Below, one piece after another: positions 28,682-36,096 of a stretch of DNA of 40,587 nucleotides. Under the pieces are notes generated by a model that saw only the letters and a list, made by a program, of their open reading frames with translations, did no database searches and had not been told where the DNA came from. The translations under genes and the position numbers were made by a program. The DNA comes from a virus. Taxonomy: Duplodnaviria > Heunggongvirae > Uroviricota > Caudoviricetes. How positions within the stretch are numbered: position 1 is the stretch's first letter; every line of letters starts with the position of its first letter. The stretch is taken from IMG/VR virus record IMGVR_UViG_2563366988_000007, positions 1 through 40,587 of that record, one strand, 5' to 3'.

Positions 28682-29019
28682 ACTATTAATTTCGTTTCAT
28701 GCCAGCCTTTAGTCACCCAGCATTGCGAGTCACCATTACACGGGCATGAATTAACGGGAACTCTCTCGCCGCACTTACCGCAAAGTTTTCTGCTGATCGA
28801 TTTTATACGCCCGCGCACACGTGCATCATCCTGGCGGATCAGCAGCGCGATGTACTCGGCCATTTCATAGGGATCGTGACCAGGGCGCCGGGCGGCGCAG
28901 TTCCGCGCCAGCATTTCCTGCTCCTGCTTATCCAGAACCAGTTCAATTTTGCGCTCACCGGCGGCGGACTGCCGAGCGCGCTGCGCGGCTTTGCGCTCTG
29001 CTGCTGATTTAGCCATCAA
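28678..29019 (-). CDS. Hypothetical protein with C-terminal Cys cluster (possible zinc-binding regulator)
   Basis: CGKCG...CPCNGDSQC motif; basic N-terminus. Confidence 0.4.
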   Translation of the reverse strand: MMAKSAAERKAAQRARQSAAGERKIELVLDKQEQEMLARNCAARRPGHDPYEMAEYIALLIRQDDARVRGRIKSISRKLCGKCGERVPVNSCPCNGDSQCWVTKGWHETKLIV

Positions 29020-29290
29020 TATTCACCTTTATAGCGAACACCTTTACCGGTTTATCGCCGAAGTGCGGATGTGTGATTGTCTTGATTTCATATCCGTCAT
29101 ACGGGACGTCAATTCTGCGGCTGGAATCGTCGCGCTTCGGATATCCCTTTGTGATAATCAGGCGGTCATACTCGCGGAACATAATTCGCTTATTCCAGTA
29201 GTCATTACACAGGCGATACTCTTCCGTTTTCTCTCCGCGAATCATGGCATCGAAGTATTCACCTTTAACGGCAAGTTGCAGGTTAGCCAC
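29009..29290 (-). CDS. Hypothetical protein, tentative ASCH/PUA-like fold
   Basis: 93-aa ORF; weak motif resemblance only. Confidence 0.4.
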   Translation of the reverse strand: MANLQLAVKGEYFDAMIRGEKTEEYRLCNDYWNKRIMFREYDRLIITKGYPKRDDSSRRIDVPYDGYEIKTITHPHFGDKPVKVFAIKVNIDG

Positions 29291-29570
29291 GACCTTCCTC
29301 CTTTGGCTTGTGAATTTGTATCGTCATGCCGCTTTGAGTGGTGACTACAACGACAGAACCAGGCTGAAGACTGTTAAGATTGAATGCTTCGTAAAACGAA
29401 GCCAAGGCCAGCGCTTTTTTATTCTTTCGGTTCCACCAACGCCATCCATTGCTACAGGCTACACTGACAATCCACTGTCCACTCCTGTAAGCCATATAAA
29501 ACCAGATGAGCAAAACCTGAATGAATGCTATCCAGTCAATAATCGTATATTTCGCGAAGGAGACCATCAA
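29283..29570 (-). CDS. Small membrane protein, unknown function
   Basis: Trp-rich hydrophobic N-terminal helix, 95 aa. Confidence 0.4.
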   Translation of the reverse strand: MMVSFAKYTIIDWIAFIQVLLIWFYMAYRSGQWIVSVACSNGWRWWNRKNKKALALASFYEAFNLNSLQPGSVVVVTTQSGMTIQIHKPKEEGRG

Positions 29571-30331
29571 TTAACCTCCTGCGGCGGTTCCGGTAGAGGC
29601 ATCCAGTACAAGGCGTTCCCTAACCACGATAAAGTGCCGTCGCTCAACTCCACGTATTCCCCTTGTACCTGTCCTGCCATATACTCGCCGTGCTTTGAAT
29701 AAATTAAAATCCAATCATCTTGAGCGGGCATTCGCTCACTACAGCTTATCCAACCATCCGGAGTTACCGGATAGTTGCCAGCCTGAACAGTAGGCATATC
29801 AGGACCTTTGCGAATCGCCCTGGCAAGATCGATTGGGTCGTCGTACAACCAGTCACCTGTTTGCGGATGATTGGCTTCTGCCAATTGTGCAGCCCACTCC
29901 AGGCCGTCTTTGTGTCCTTGCAGATAGTCCAGCGGTAACTCATCACTATTACTTACAGGTTCGGCCTGAAGCATGGCGGCGCGGCAGGCGTTCCAGCCTC
30001 TCACCTCTGCAATAGCGGCAACAGCATCGACCGCGTACATTTTAAGAGGGTTAGGCATTGGTTTTTCTTCAGGTACTACTGGCACTGGAGGGGCGGCATA
30101 AACAGGAATAACGTCCGGTTGCTCTTTATTGCTTTCATCCGTTAAAGCCCAGAATAATTTCCCGGCCGGATGTTTGAAAATATAAGCAACTGGTTCTGCT
30201 TCCAGTGATGCCAGCGCAATTTTGTATACTTCCAGATCCATTTGTGCAGTTACTAAATCAGGATAACGATCCATAACCGTTATATTGCGCTTAATCATCT
30301 CTATTAATTGTTCTTTAGTAAAAGTGGTCAT
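29567..30331 (-). CDS. Phage protein with C-terminal DUF551-like domain
   Basis: C-terminal GWISCSERMP...YWMPLPEPP motif. Confidence 0.45.
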   Translation of the reverse strand: MTTFTKEQLIEMIKRNITVMDRYPDLVTAQMDLEVYKIALASLEAEPVAYIFKHPAGKLFWALTDESNKEQPDVIPVYAAPPVPVVPEEKPMPNPLKMYAVDAVAAIAEVRGWNACRAAMLQAEPVSNSDELPLDYLQGHKDGLEWAAQLAEANHPQTGDWLYDDPIDLARAIRKGPDMPTVQAGNYPVTPDGWISCSERMPAQDDWILIYSKHGEYMAGQVQGEYVELSDGTLSWLGNALYWMPLPEPPQEVN

Positions 30332-30341
30332 TCGTTATGCC

Positions 30342-30539
30342 TCAATACACAAAATCTGTTTTAAATTCATGGTTACATTCTGGACAGCATGTTTCGTAAC
30401 CTTTTATTTCTTCACATGCCTGTTTTGCTCCAGAAAAATCCCAGAAATCTGGATCACAAAGCAGATCGAAATTGTGACCGCATTTTGGGCATTCGGTATC
30501 AAGTGACAGATTCCAGTAAGCAGTGGTGTTTTTATCCAT
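30342..30539 (-). CDS. Small zinc-ribbon protein
   Basis: CPKCGH...CCPECNH two CxxC pairs, 65 aa. Confidence 0.45.
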   Translation of the reverse strand: MDKNTTAYWNLSLDTECPKCGHNFDLLCDPDFWDFSGAKQACEEIKGYETCCPECNHEFKTDFVY

Positions 30540-30540
30540 A

Positions 30541-31038
30541 TCAGTCTCCTTTGATGCGAATGCCAGTGGTACTCATTCTCCTGATTTCCCAGAGCACACG
30601 AGGAACACCACCGTTTCCGACCGGATCGCGTTTACTCCGCAGGGCGACGCTTGATTCCGCCCAGCTTTTTCTTGGAGGAAGCTCTTTCACACGAACAAAA
30701 CCAGCTGCGCGAAGAGATGCTCCTGATTCATCTGCCTGGGTGTACGTAATACAACGTTGATAACCCATAGCCTTTGCTGCCCGCCAGACAGCACCATAAA
30801 GCGCGCTGTTAGCGTTGCGTTCTCCTGTGGTACATGTGCGATTTACTTCAAGCGTTAATCCATCGTCCAAATGTCGTGCAACAGGTCTACCGGCTGTCGC
30901 CACACCTATCAATTCTCCGGCATCATTTCTCAGACCAATGCTGAATTTATGCCCCACCGGGGGTTTATTGTGTCGGTGATGTCTGGATATAAACGCCTTC
31001 GCAACACGAAGAGTAACCGGTGAAATCTGCACTCTCAC
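30541..31038 (-). CDS. Conserved phage protein, unknown function (GTG start)
   Basis: 165-aa ORF; shares duplicated 3-prime end GIRIKGD with upstream neighbour. Confidence 0.45.
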   Translation of the reverse strand: MRVQISPVTLRVAKAFISRHHRHNKPPVGHKFSIGLRNDAGELIGVATAGRPVARHLDDGLTLEVNRTCTTGERNANSALYGAVWRAAKAMGYQRCITYTQADESGASLRAAGFVRVKELPPRKSWAESSVALRSKRDPVGNGGVPRVLWEIRRMSTTGIRIKGD

Positions 31039-31520
31039 TCTCCTTTGATGCGAATGCCTGTTGCAATGCTGTTTATGATGCTGTCAGTGCATGGGGTAGA
31101 AAGCTGGGCATCTCCAGCAATTTTCATGACCTCAACATCTGCATATCGAATACCGAGGTGTATCAGACCGGCTATGCCTGACTTAAGCCGAGCATTTTCC
31201 ATAAATAGAACTTTTGCCCGCTGTTTTTCTGCTTCAAGCTCAACGCGCAGCTTCCCTACCGTTAGCGCAATATCCTCGTTCTCCTGATCGCGGCTTTTGA
31301 TGTATTGCTGGTTCCTTTCCCGTTCATCCAGTAGTGCCAGCACGGTTTCTGGTCCGGCCAGAAATTTGAAGGCGTTGAGCGCATCAATATCCACACCGTA
31401 ATCTTTAAGTTCCTGTTCACTTAACAAATCATCATCAGCTGGCAACATTAACAGGCGTTCCATTGCTGGAATTGCACGTTCCGCCGCCTCACGCAGTGCC
31501 TGGTAATTAATTTCGCTCAC
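31035..31520 (-). CDS. Ead/Ea22-like protein
   Basis: N-terminus MSEINYQALREAAERA, acidic coiled-coil. Confidence 0.45.
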   Translation of the reverse strand: MSEINYQALREAAERAIPAMERLLMLPADDDLLSEQELKDYGVDIDALNAFKFLAGPETVLALLDERERNQQYIKSRDQENEDIALTVGKLRVELEAEKQRAKVLFMENARLKSGIAGLIHLGIRYADVEVMKIAGDAQLSTPCTDSIINSIATGIRIKGE

Positions 31521-32035
31521 TGGTTGCCTCCTTTGCGAAGCTGGGCAGCAAAGTCAACTAACCACTCAGTCATTTCAACCTTCCCTACCAGGTCTGAACC
31601 AGGGTGCATACAGCAATCACTCTGCGCCGCTTTGAAATCCTTATACTCATATTCTTGGGCCACCAGATTTTTTGCAGCTTCTATAGCAGCATCCACCCCC
31701 TGCGCCCGCACTTCAGACAGGAAAGCATCGGTGGCTGGCATATTTCCTGTTGCCTTCATTGCCTCCAAAATAACCAGAACGCCATCTCGCCCAATCTCCT
31801 CGCAGATAACCTCGGTGCTGTCGCCAACAACATCGCAAAATGCCTGAACTGCTTTACGAGCCAGCGCATTCTCCGCAGCCAGCGCATTAGCACGCACCAG
31901 TTGCACTTCCAGTTGCGTTGCCAAATAGCTGATCAGCTTTGCCACACTGCGCATATCAACGGCACCACATTCTGCTTTCAGTTCCGAAGCCATCTCATGC
32001 CCGGCGGCAACTAACCCTTTGATATTACTTTCCAT
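31517..32035 (-). CDS. Ead/Ea22-like protein
   Basis: Acidic helical protein in Ea22 position, overlapping start/stop. Confidence 0.4.
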   Translation of the reverse strand: MESNIKGLVAAGHEMASELKAECGAVDMRSVAKLISYLATQLEVQLVRANALAAENALARKAVQAFCDVVGDSTEVICEEIGRDGVLVILEAMKATGNMPATDAFLSEVRAQGVDAAIEAAKNLVAQEYEYKDFKAAQSDCCMHPGSDLVGKVEMTEWLVDFAAQLRKGGNQ

Positions 32036-32096
32036 CTTTACCCTCGCTTATCCACATAACTTATTGATTACATTGATAACTAAAAAGATCGTCGAT

Positions 32097-32444
32097 TCAG
32101 AACTCTTCGATGTTCCAGCCACCACCTGCTTTCTTTGGCTTAACCGTTACCCCGATGATTCGGAACGGATACTGATCTGCGGCGACTTTGGTTTTCACTC
32201 TGGCGTCATCGGTCCAGAATCCCCCTTTCACTTCGTGCAGTTCCATCTCGCCGGTGGCGAGCATCACAGCAAAATCTGGCGTATAGAACGTGTTGTCAGC
32301 TAACCGCAGCTTGATACCCTCAAATCGATACCAGACGATTTCTCCTGCACGTTTACGCAGCTCAAGGTGCTGGCAATACGCAGATTCTGTTTTGTTCATC
32401 TGGCCTGTTTTGAGTCGACCAAGAGCCTGCATCTGTTTTCTCAT
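32097..32444 (-). CDS. DUF1064-like phage protein
   Basis: 115-aa ORF, motif memory only. Confidence 0.4.
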   Translation of the reverse strand: MRKQMQALGRLKTGQMNKTESAYCQHLELRKRAGEIVWYRFEGIKLRLADNTFYTPDFAVMLATGEMELHEVKGGFWTDDARVKTKVAADQYPFRIIGVTVKPKKAGGGWNIEEF

Positions 32445-32447
32445 GAT

Positions 32448-32462
32448 TTACCCCTTAGGTAA
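32448..32462. promoter_or_regulatory. Operator-like palindrome TTACC-N5-GGTAA (ttaccccttaggtaa)
   Basis: Perfect inverted repeat 4 nt upstream of start codon of 32097-32444. Confidence 0.45.
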
Positions 32463-32509
32463 TTAAAAACCACATAAGACACGAAATCAATAGATTTTAG
32501 AATATTTTA

Positions 32510-32524
32510 TTACCTCTAAGGTAA
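32510..32524. promoter_or_regulatory. Operator-like palindrome TTACC-N5-GGTAA (ttacctctaaggtaa)
   Basis: Perfect inverted repeat downstream of P gene. Confidence 0.45.
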
Positions 32525-32561
32525 TTATCGAGACGTAAAAAAATGCGCTATCGCGCTGGTA

Positions 32562-33344
32562 TTACTTGATAAATCCTGACGCCTTTCCCCGCCTGTATTC
32601 CTCCATCAGCCACTGCGCCGGTGTTATTCCCCCAAGGGTGGCGGCGTTAGGCATGCACCCGAAACTTCGCCCTGGTGGATGGTAAACGTCTCTCCCTGTG
32701 TCCGGAGGCGTACTCATGGGTTCTGGCTTTGCCTGTATGCTGATCACCGGATCGGGTATCTGCTGTCCGGAAGCCACCTTTTTCGCCCAATCATCGAGCA
32801 GCCTGCGCGCGTGTTTCTCAACCTCAATCTCGCTAAGCTGGCGCTGATACATTGCACGGCGGGTATCACATACGACCCAGTACATAACCGGATGTCGCCA
32901 CGGGAATCTTTCGGGACCACCAGGATATAAACTTTTTTCCTTGCTGTACCGGTGAAACTCCGCCATCACATCGTCAATGGTGACGCCAAGAACCATCTTG
33001 CTGTCTTTACACCACTTGATGAATTGCCCTGGCGACGGCCAGAACGGAGACTCACTGGCGCGGGCGTGGCGCATACCAGCGTTAACCTGTTCCATTGTTG
33101 TGATCCCATTCTCCAGAAACGCAAGCATCCATTGTTTTCGAAATTCGTTTAGCTTTCCTTGCTCGCTGATAGCAGCGATGCTGCCTGGAAATGCAGCCTG
33201 TAACTGGACAAACATTTCGTTGAAAATTCTTGCAACCTGCTCCTTCTTTGCCCTTTCATCGTCAGCAGAAGCAACCGCCGTCGAGTGGTCATGCCCACCA
33301 CGAAAGCGATCGTACTCATTAAGAAGTTCTGGAGTTGATTTCAT
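32562..33344 (-). CDS. P: Replication protein P (lambda P-like helicase loader)
   Basis: WMLAFLENGITTMEQVNAGMRHAR and PFWPSPGQFIKWC match lambda P as recalled; start at MKSTPE with GAGGTG SD. Confidence 0.8.
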   Translation of the reverse strand: MKSTPELLNEYDRFRGGHDHSTAVASADDERAKKEQVARIFNEMFVQLQAAFPGSIAAISEQGKLNEFRKQWMLAFLENGITTMEQVNAGMRHARASESPFWPSPGQFIKWCKDSKMVLGVTIDDVMAEFHRYSKEKSLYPGGPERFPWRHPVMYWVVCDTRRAMYQRQLSEIEVEKHARRLLDDWAKKVASGQQIPDPVISIQAKPEPMSTPPDTGRDVYHPPGRSFGCMPNAATLGGITPAQWLMEEYRRGKASGFIK

Positions 33345-34152
33345 CCCACACCTCATCTATCCAGTCAGTGTTATGCCAGTCAAGGCTCTTTCTGACTTCA
33401 CCTGATTTCTGTCTACAGAACTGGATGCGCCTTGCCAGCTTCTGCTCCCACTGTGCCTGATGGTATGCCTTACCCTCAGCCATCCAGTAAATTCTGAACT
33501 CTGCAAGTTCCTGTGCCGTTGGCAGACTGTCCAGGTAGATTCCCTGCAATGAGCTTTTCCGAAGAAAGTCATCTGATGGCTGCCATTGTTCATGCATGAC
33601 AAATTTGCCTAATTGCCCTGGCCCACCAGGAGGAACAAAGTTATTCATCACGGCGTTGTTTGCGCCGGGGTCATGAGGCACAGAATCCCCGGTTTTTGTC
33701 CTGCTCTCCCTCTCTTGGTTAAATGACTGGTTATATGACTGGTTCTGGATCCCGTTTTTGGGATCATTCAACATCCCGTTTTTGGGATCATTCAACATCC
33801 CGTTTTTGGGTATATTCCCGTTTTCGGTAACATTACCGTTTTCGGGTTCATTGCCCCCCTCCCGGTTGCCTTTAATGTTCCCGTTTTTGGTTATATTAAG
33901 AGAGAAAACCCGCACTCTTTTTGTCGCTCCCTTTCTCTCTCCGGTATCTGAAATAAGCCCCATTTTCATGAGCGATATAAGCCCGGCCTGCACGGTTTTT
34001 TTATTCAGGCAAGTGTCTTTAACGAGGCGTTCTATGCTGGGGTAGCAGAGGTTATATTCATCGGCTCTGTCAGCCATCGAGAGCAGTATGAGCTTTAATG
34101 ATGAGCTACCTGGATCTGTCTCCCAGGCCCAATCTGTTGCATGTCTGCTCAT
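33319..34152 (-). CDS. Replication initiator (O-like) with iteron origin inside coding sequence
   Basis: N-terminal winged-helix-like domain; Asn/Gly repeat linker encoded by iterons; overlaps P start. Confidence 0.65.
   Translation of the reverse strand: MSRHATDWAWETDPGSSSLKLILLSMADRADEYNLCYPSIERLVKDTCLNKKTVQAGLISLMKMGLISDTGERKGATKRVRVFSLNITKNGNIKGNREGGNEPENGNVTENGNIPKNGMLNDPKNGMLNDPKNGIQNQSYNQSFNQERESRTKTGDSVPHDPGANNAVMNNFVPPGGPGQLGKFVMHEQWQPSDDFLRKSSLQGIYLDSLPTAQELAEFRIYWMAEGKAYHQAQWEQKLARRIQFCRQKSGEVRKSLDWHNTDWIDEVWDEINSRTS
33749..33898. repeat. Iteron-type replication origin: six copies of core CCGTTTT(T/C)GG, two as exact 24-bp tandem repeat
   Basis: atcccgtttttgggatcattcaac x2 exact, then degenerate copies at 19-24 bp spacing. 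Confidence 0.65.
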
Positions 34153-34167
34153 GATTAATCTCCGCTA

Positions 34168-34368
34168 TCAGCTTGAGTGTTGTGGGGAGGAATTAATCAT
34201 GATCTGCTTAATCTCTGCCCTGATGCGACGGTTTGATTCCATGGTGCACTCAACACAGTGTCCGTTGTAAACCCAGCGTTCACTGTCATGTCCATGCTTA
34301 CATGGTTTTCCGGTGTAGTAGCGTTTAAGTCCGCGCTTTGCGGCATCAATACGTGTAATGATTTCCAT
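34168..34368 (-). CDS. Small Cys/His-rich protein in CII position (start uncertain; ORF extends to 34431)
   Basis: MEIITRIDAAKRGLKRYYTGKPCKHGH...CVEC. Confidence 0.35.
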   Translation of the reverse strand: MEIITRIDAAKRGLKRYYTGKPCKHGHDSERWVYNGHCVECTMESNRRIRAEIKQIMINSSPQHSS

Positions 34369-34448
34369 GGTAAGCCCTGTTATTAGTATTGGGATTACGG
34401 TCATTTTGTGCTGACACAAAAAAAAGATCAACCAGATTTGGTTTTTTA

Positions 34449-34463
34449 TTACCTTTGAGGTAC
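34449..34463. promoter_or_regulatory. Operator-like palindrome, imperfect (ttacctttgaggtac)
   Basis: 4 of 5 match in right arm. Confidence 0.35.
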
Positions 34464-34471
34464 GAATAGAT

Positions 34472-34496
34472 ATGAAAAGACCGCCGGGTGGCGGTC
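34472..34496 (-). terminator. tR1-like intrinsic terminator downstream of cro (gaccgcc-gggt-ggcggtc then T-tract on minus strand)
   Basis: Read directly. Confidence 0.45.
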
Positions 34497-34518
34497 TACA
34501 GAGGGTTGTAGCTGGATA

Positions 34519-34749
34519 TCATGAGTAGAAGAAGTATGCCAGTTCTGCTTTTGAGCGCAGCCATTGTCTTGTTTTACAGGCTTTAAAAAGCCCATTCATC
34601 AATACCTTACCTGGCATTTTGCGCTTACCTGTTAAGTGAGTCTGGATATAGTGACTCGTCGTTCCGGCTTCCTGTGCGAAGGCTTCACGCTCATCCGGAG
34701 TAAGTGCAAGCCAGTGCTTTTTGAAATCGAAATGTCCGTTATCGCTCAT
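34519..34749 (-). CDS. Cro-like regulator (divergent from repressor)
   Basis: 76 aa, position divergent to repressor across operator cluster. Confidence 0.5.
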   Translation of the reverse strand: MSDNGHFDFKKHWLALTPDEREAFAQEAGTTSHYIQTHLTGKRKMPGKVLMNGLFKACKTRQWLRSKAELAYFFYS

Positions 34750-34785
34750 AGCTATTGCCTGATATTTATTTCAGATAATAAATAT

Positions 34786-34841
34786 TCACCCATAAGGTAA
34801 CAAAAATCAAGGATAGTTACCTACGGGGTGCATTTACCTGT
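34786..34841. promoter_or_regulatory. Immunity operator cluster: three overlapping TTACC-N5-GGTAA-type sites (34786-34800 imperfect, 34809-34823 half, 34827-34841 perfect)
   Basis: tcacccataaggtaa / ttacctacggggtgc / ttacctgttgggtaa between cro and repressor. Confidence 0.55.
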
Positions 34842-34903
34842 TGGGTAATATTGCTTTAAATTGAATCATCTACTGATTCATATATGAGGCGATTTTCCAG
34901 AAA

Positions 34904-35488
34904 ATGAAAAGTATCCAGGACGTCCGCAGGCAAAATCTCAACGACTTGATCGACCGTGAATTCAATGGTGTTCAGACGCGGATGGCAGAAAAACTTGGAA
35001 CTCAGGCAAATCTGGTAAACCGCTGGGCTCTTGGCAAGAAGGTTATCGGCGACCAGGTTGCGCGAAAAATTGAAGCTGCCGCCAATAAACCCCGTAACTG
35101 GCTTGATATCGATCGCTCGCTTTCTCAGGAAGGTTTTCAGCCTGTCGGCCCAAGCGACATTGGTCAGCTGGCGGCTCACAACCTGGAACGCTGGATGAGC
35201 GAAAGCCGCGACCTTTCAACACAGGGAAAACTTCACCGCGCATCCGGCGTCGCCCAGGTGACAATCAGCCGCCTGTTAAACAATGAGGTCAGCGTTTCCA
35301 TTTCCACCCTGGAGAATGTTGCATCCGCATTCGGGCGTCACGGCTATGAATTACTGATTCACCCGCACGACCCTGCGACTATCAACTATGACCGCTCGCG
35401 CTACGCATTGTTACCCGAAACAGAGAAGGCAAAGATCGAAAGTTACATTGAATTTGTCATCAGCCAGAACGAAAAAAACAAACAATAA
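34904..35488 (+). CDS. Immunity repressor, tandem HTH (XRE-type) domains, no LexA-like S24 autocleavage domain
   Basis: Two HTH-like segments (QTRMAEKLGTQANLVNRW and ASGVAQVTISRLLNNE); no GDSM/Ser-Lys peptidase motif. Confidence 0.7.
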   Translation: MKSIQDVRRQNLNDLIDREFNGVQTRMAEKLGTQANLVNRWALGKKVIGDQVARKIEAAANKPRNWLDIDRSLSQEGFQPVGPSDIGQLAAHNLERWMSESRDLSTQGKLHRASGVAQVTISRLLNNEVSVSISTLENVASAFGRHGYELLIHPHDPATINYDRSRYALLPETEKAKIESYIEFVISQNEKNKQ

Positions 35489-35508
35489 AATCATATTTTT
35501 CAGTAAGT

Positions 35509-35532
35509 AAGCCGCCTCATGGCGGCTTTTTT
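35509..35532 (+). terminator. Intrinsic terminator after repressor gene (aagccgcc-tcat-ggcggctt plus T6)
   Basis: Read directly. Confidence 0.55.
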
Positions 35533-35545
35533 ATTGCCAGCAAGA

Positions 35546-35622
35546 TTACCTTATGGGTAATTTTTTTAACTCATATCTATTGACATCAAACCAGATACGC
35601 ATAATCATTACCTCAACGGTAA
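35546..35622 (+). promoter_or_regulatory. Early promoter with two operator palindromes (35546-35560 ttaccttatgggtaa; 35608-35622 ttacctcaacggtaa) and -35 TTGACA at 35579
   Basis: Perfect palindromes flanking TTGACA; precedes early plus-strand operon. Confidence 0.5.
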
Positions 35623-35641
35623 CAGACCGAGGTAACAAATT

Positions 35642-35794
35642 ATGCAGTGGAAAATCATCAACGGTTGGTACTGCGTTACTGCATGCGGATTCATGAGCTG
35701 GAAGTTCCGCACCTTACAGGAAGGCATTAAGTGGGCTTTCGTCAGCAAAGAAGCTCGCGATGTGGCCAACGATAACGAGATATGGGAGGGCTGA
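35642..35794 (+). CDS. Small protein (50 aa), first gene of early plus-strand operon; not in ORF track
   Basis: GAGG SD 8 nt upstream; translation MQWKIINGWYCVTACGFMSWKFRTLQEGIKWAFVSKEARDVANDNEIWEG. Confidence 0.35.
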   Translation: MQWKIINGWYCVTACGFMSWKFRTLQEGIKWAFVSKEARDVANDNEIWEG

Positions 35795-35796
35795 TA

Positions 35797-36096
35797 ATGA
35801 ACGTTAATCAGCAGAAAAATCTTCAAAAAATCATGCAGGCATTCGACAAGGACTACCACCTGTCAGAACAGCTATATGACCGACAAGTTGAACTGATTGA
35901 GAGCATCCGACTTCATCAACTGTCATCAACTTTCGACGTTGTAACAGGCAAAGGCGTTCGTCAGGAAGTACTGGAGGCTGCTAAAGACAGCCCTGAGTTC
36001 GAAGAACTGATGGATGCCTATCGGCGAGAGGCAATGGCAATTATCGCCCGCTGGGATCTGGCGGATCAGCTTGATGGACAGAAGGACGCGGCATGA
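35797..36096 (+). CDS. Hypothetical protein upstream of exonuclease (possible recombination accessory/nuclease inhibitor)
   Basis: Start at MNVNQQ with GGGAGGG SD; acidic helical 99 aa. Confidence 0.45.
   Translation: MNVNQQKNLQKIMQAFDKDYHLSEQLYDRQVELIESIRLHQLSSTFDVVTGKGVRQEVLEAAKDSPEFEELMDAYRREAMAIIARWDLADQLDGQKDAA

Noticed and set aside
32019-32303. 94-aa plus-strand ORF in the early region
   Set aside because: Antisense to two minus-strand genes in an otherwise strictly minus-strand operon.
33749-33898. Tandem direct repeats that could be mistaken for a CRISPR array
   Set aside because: Repeats are 19-24 bp iterons without unique spacers, lie inside the replication initiator gene, and no cas genes are present.
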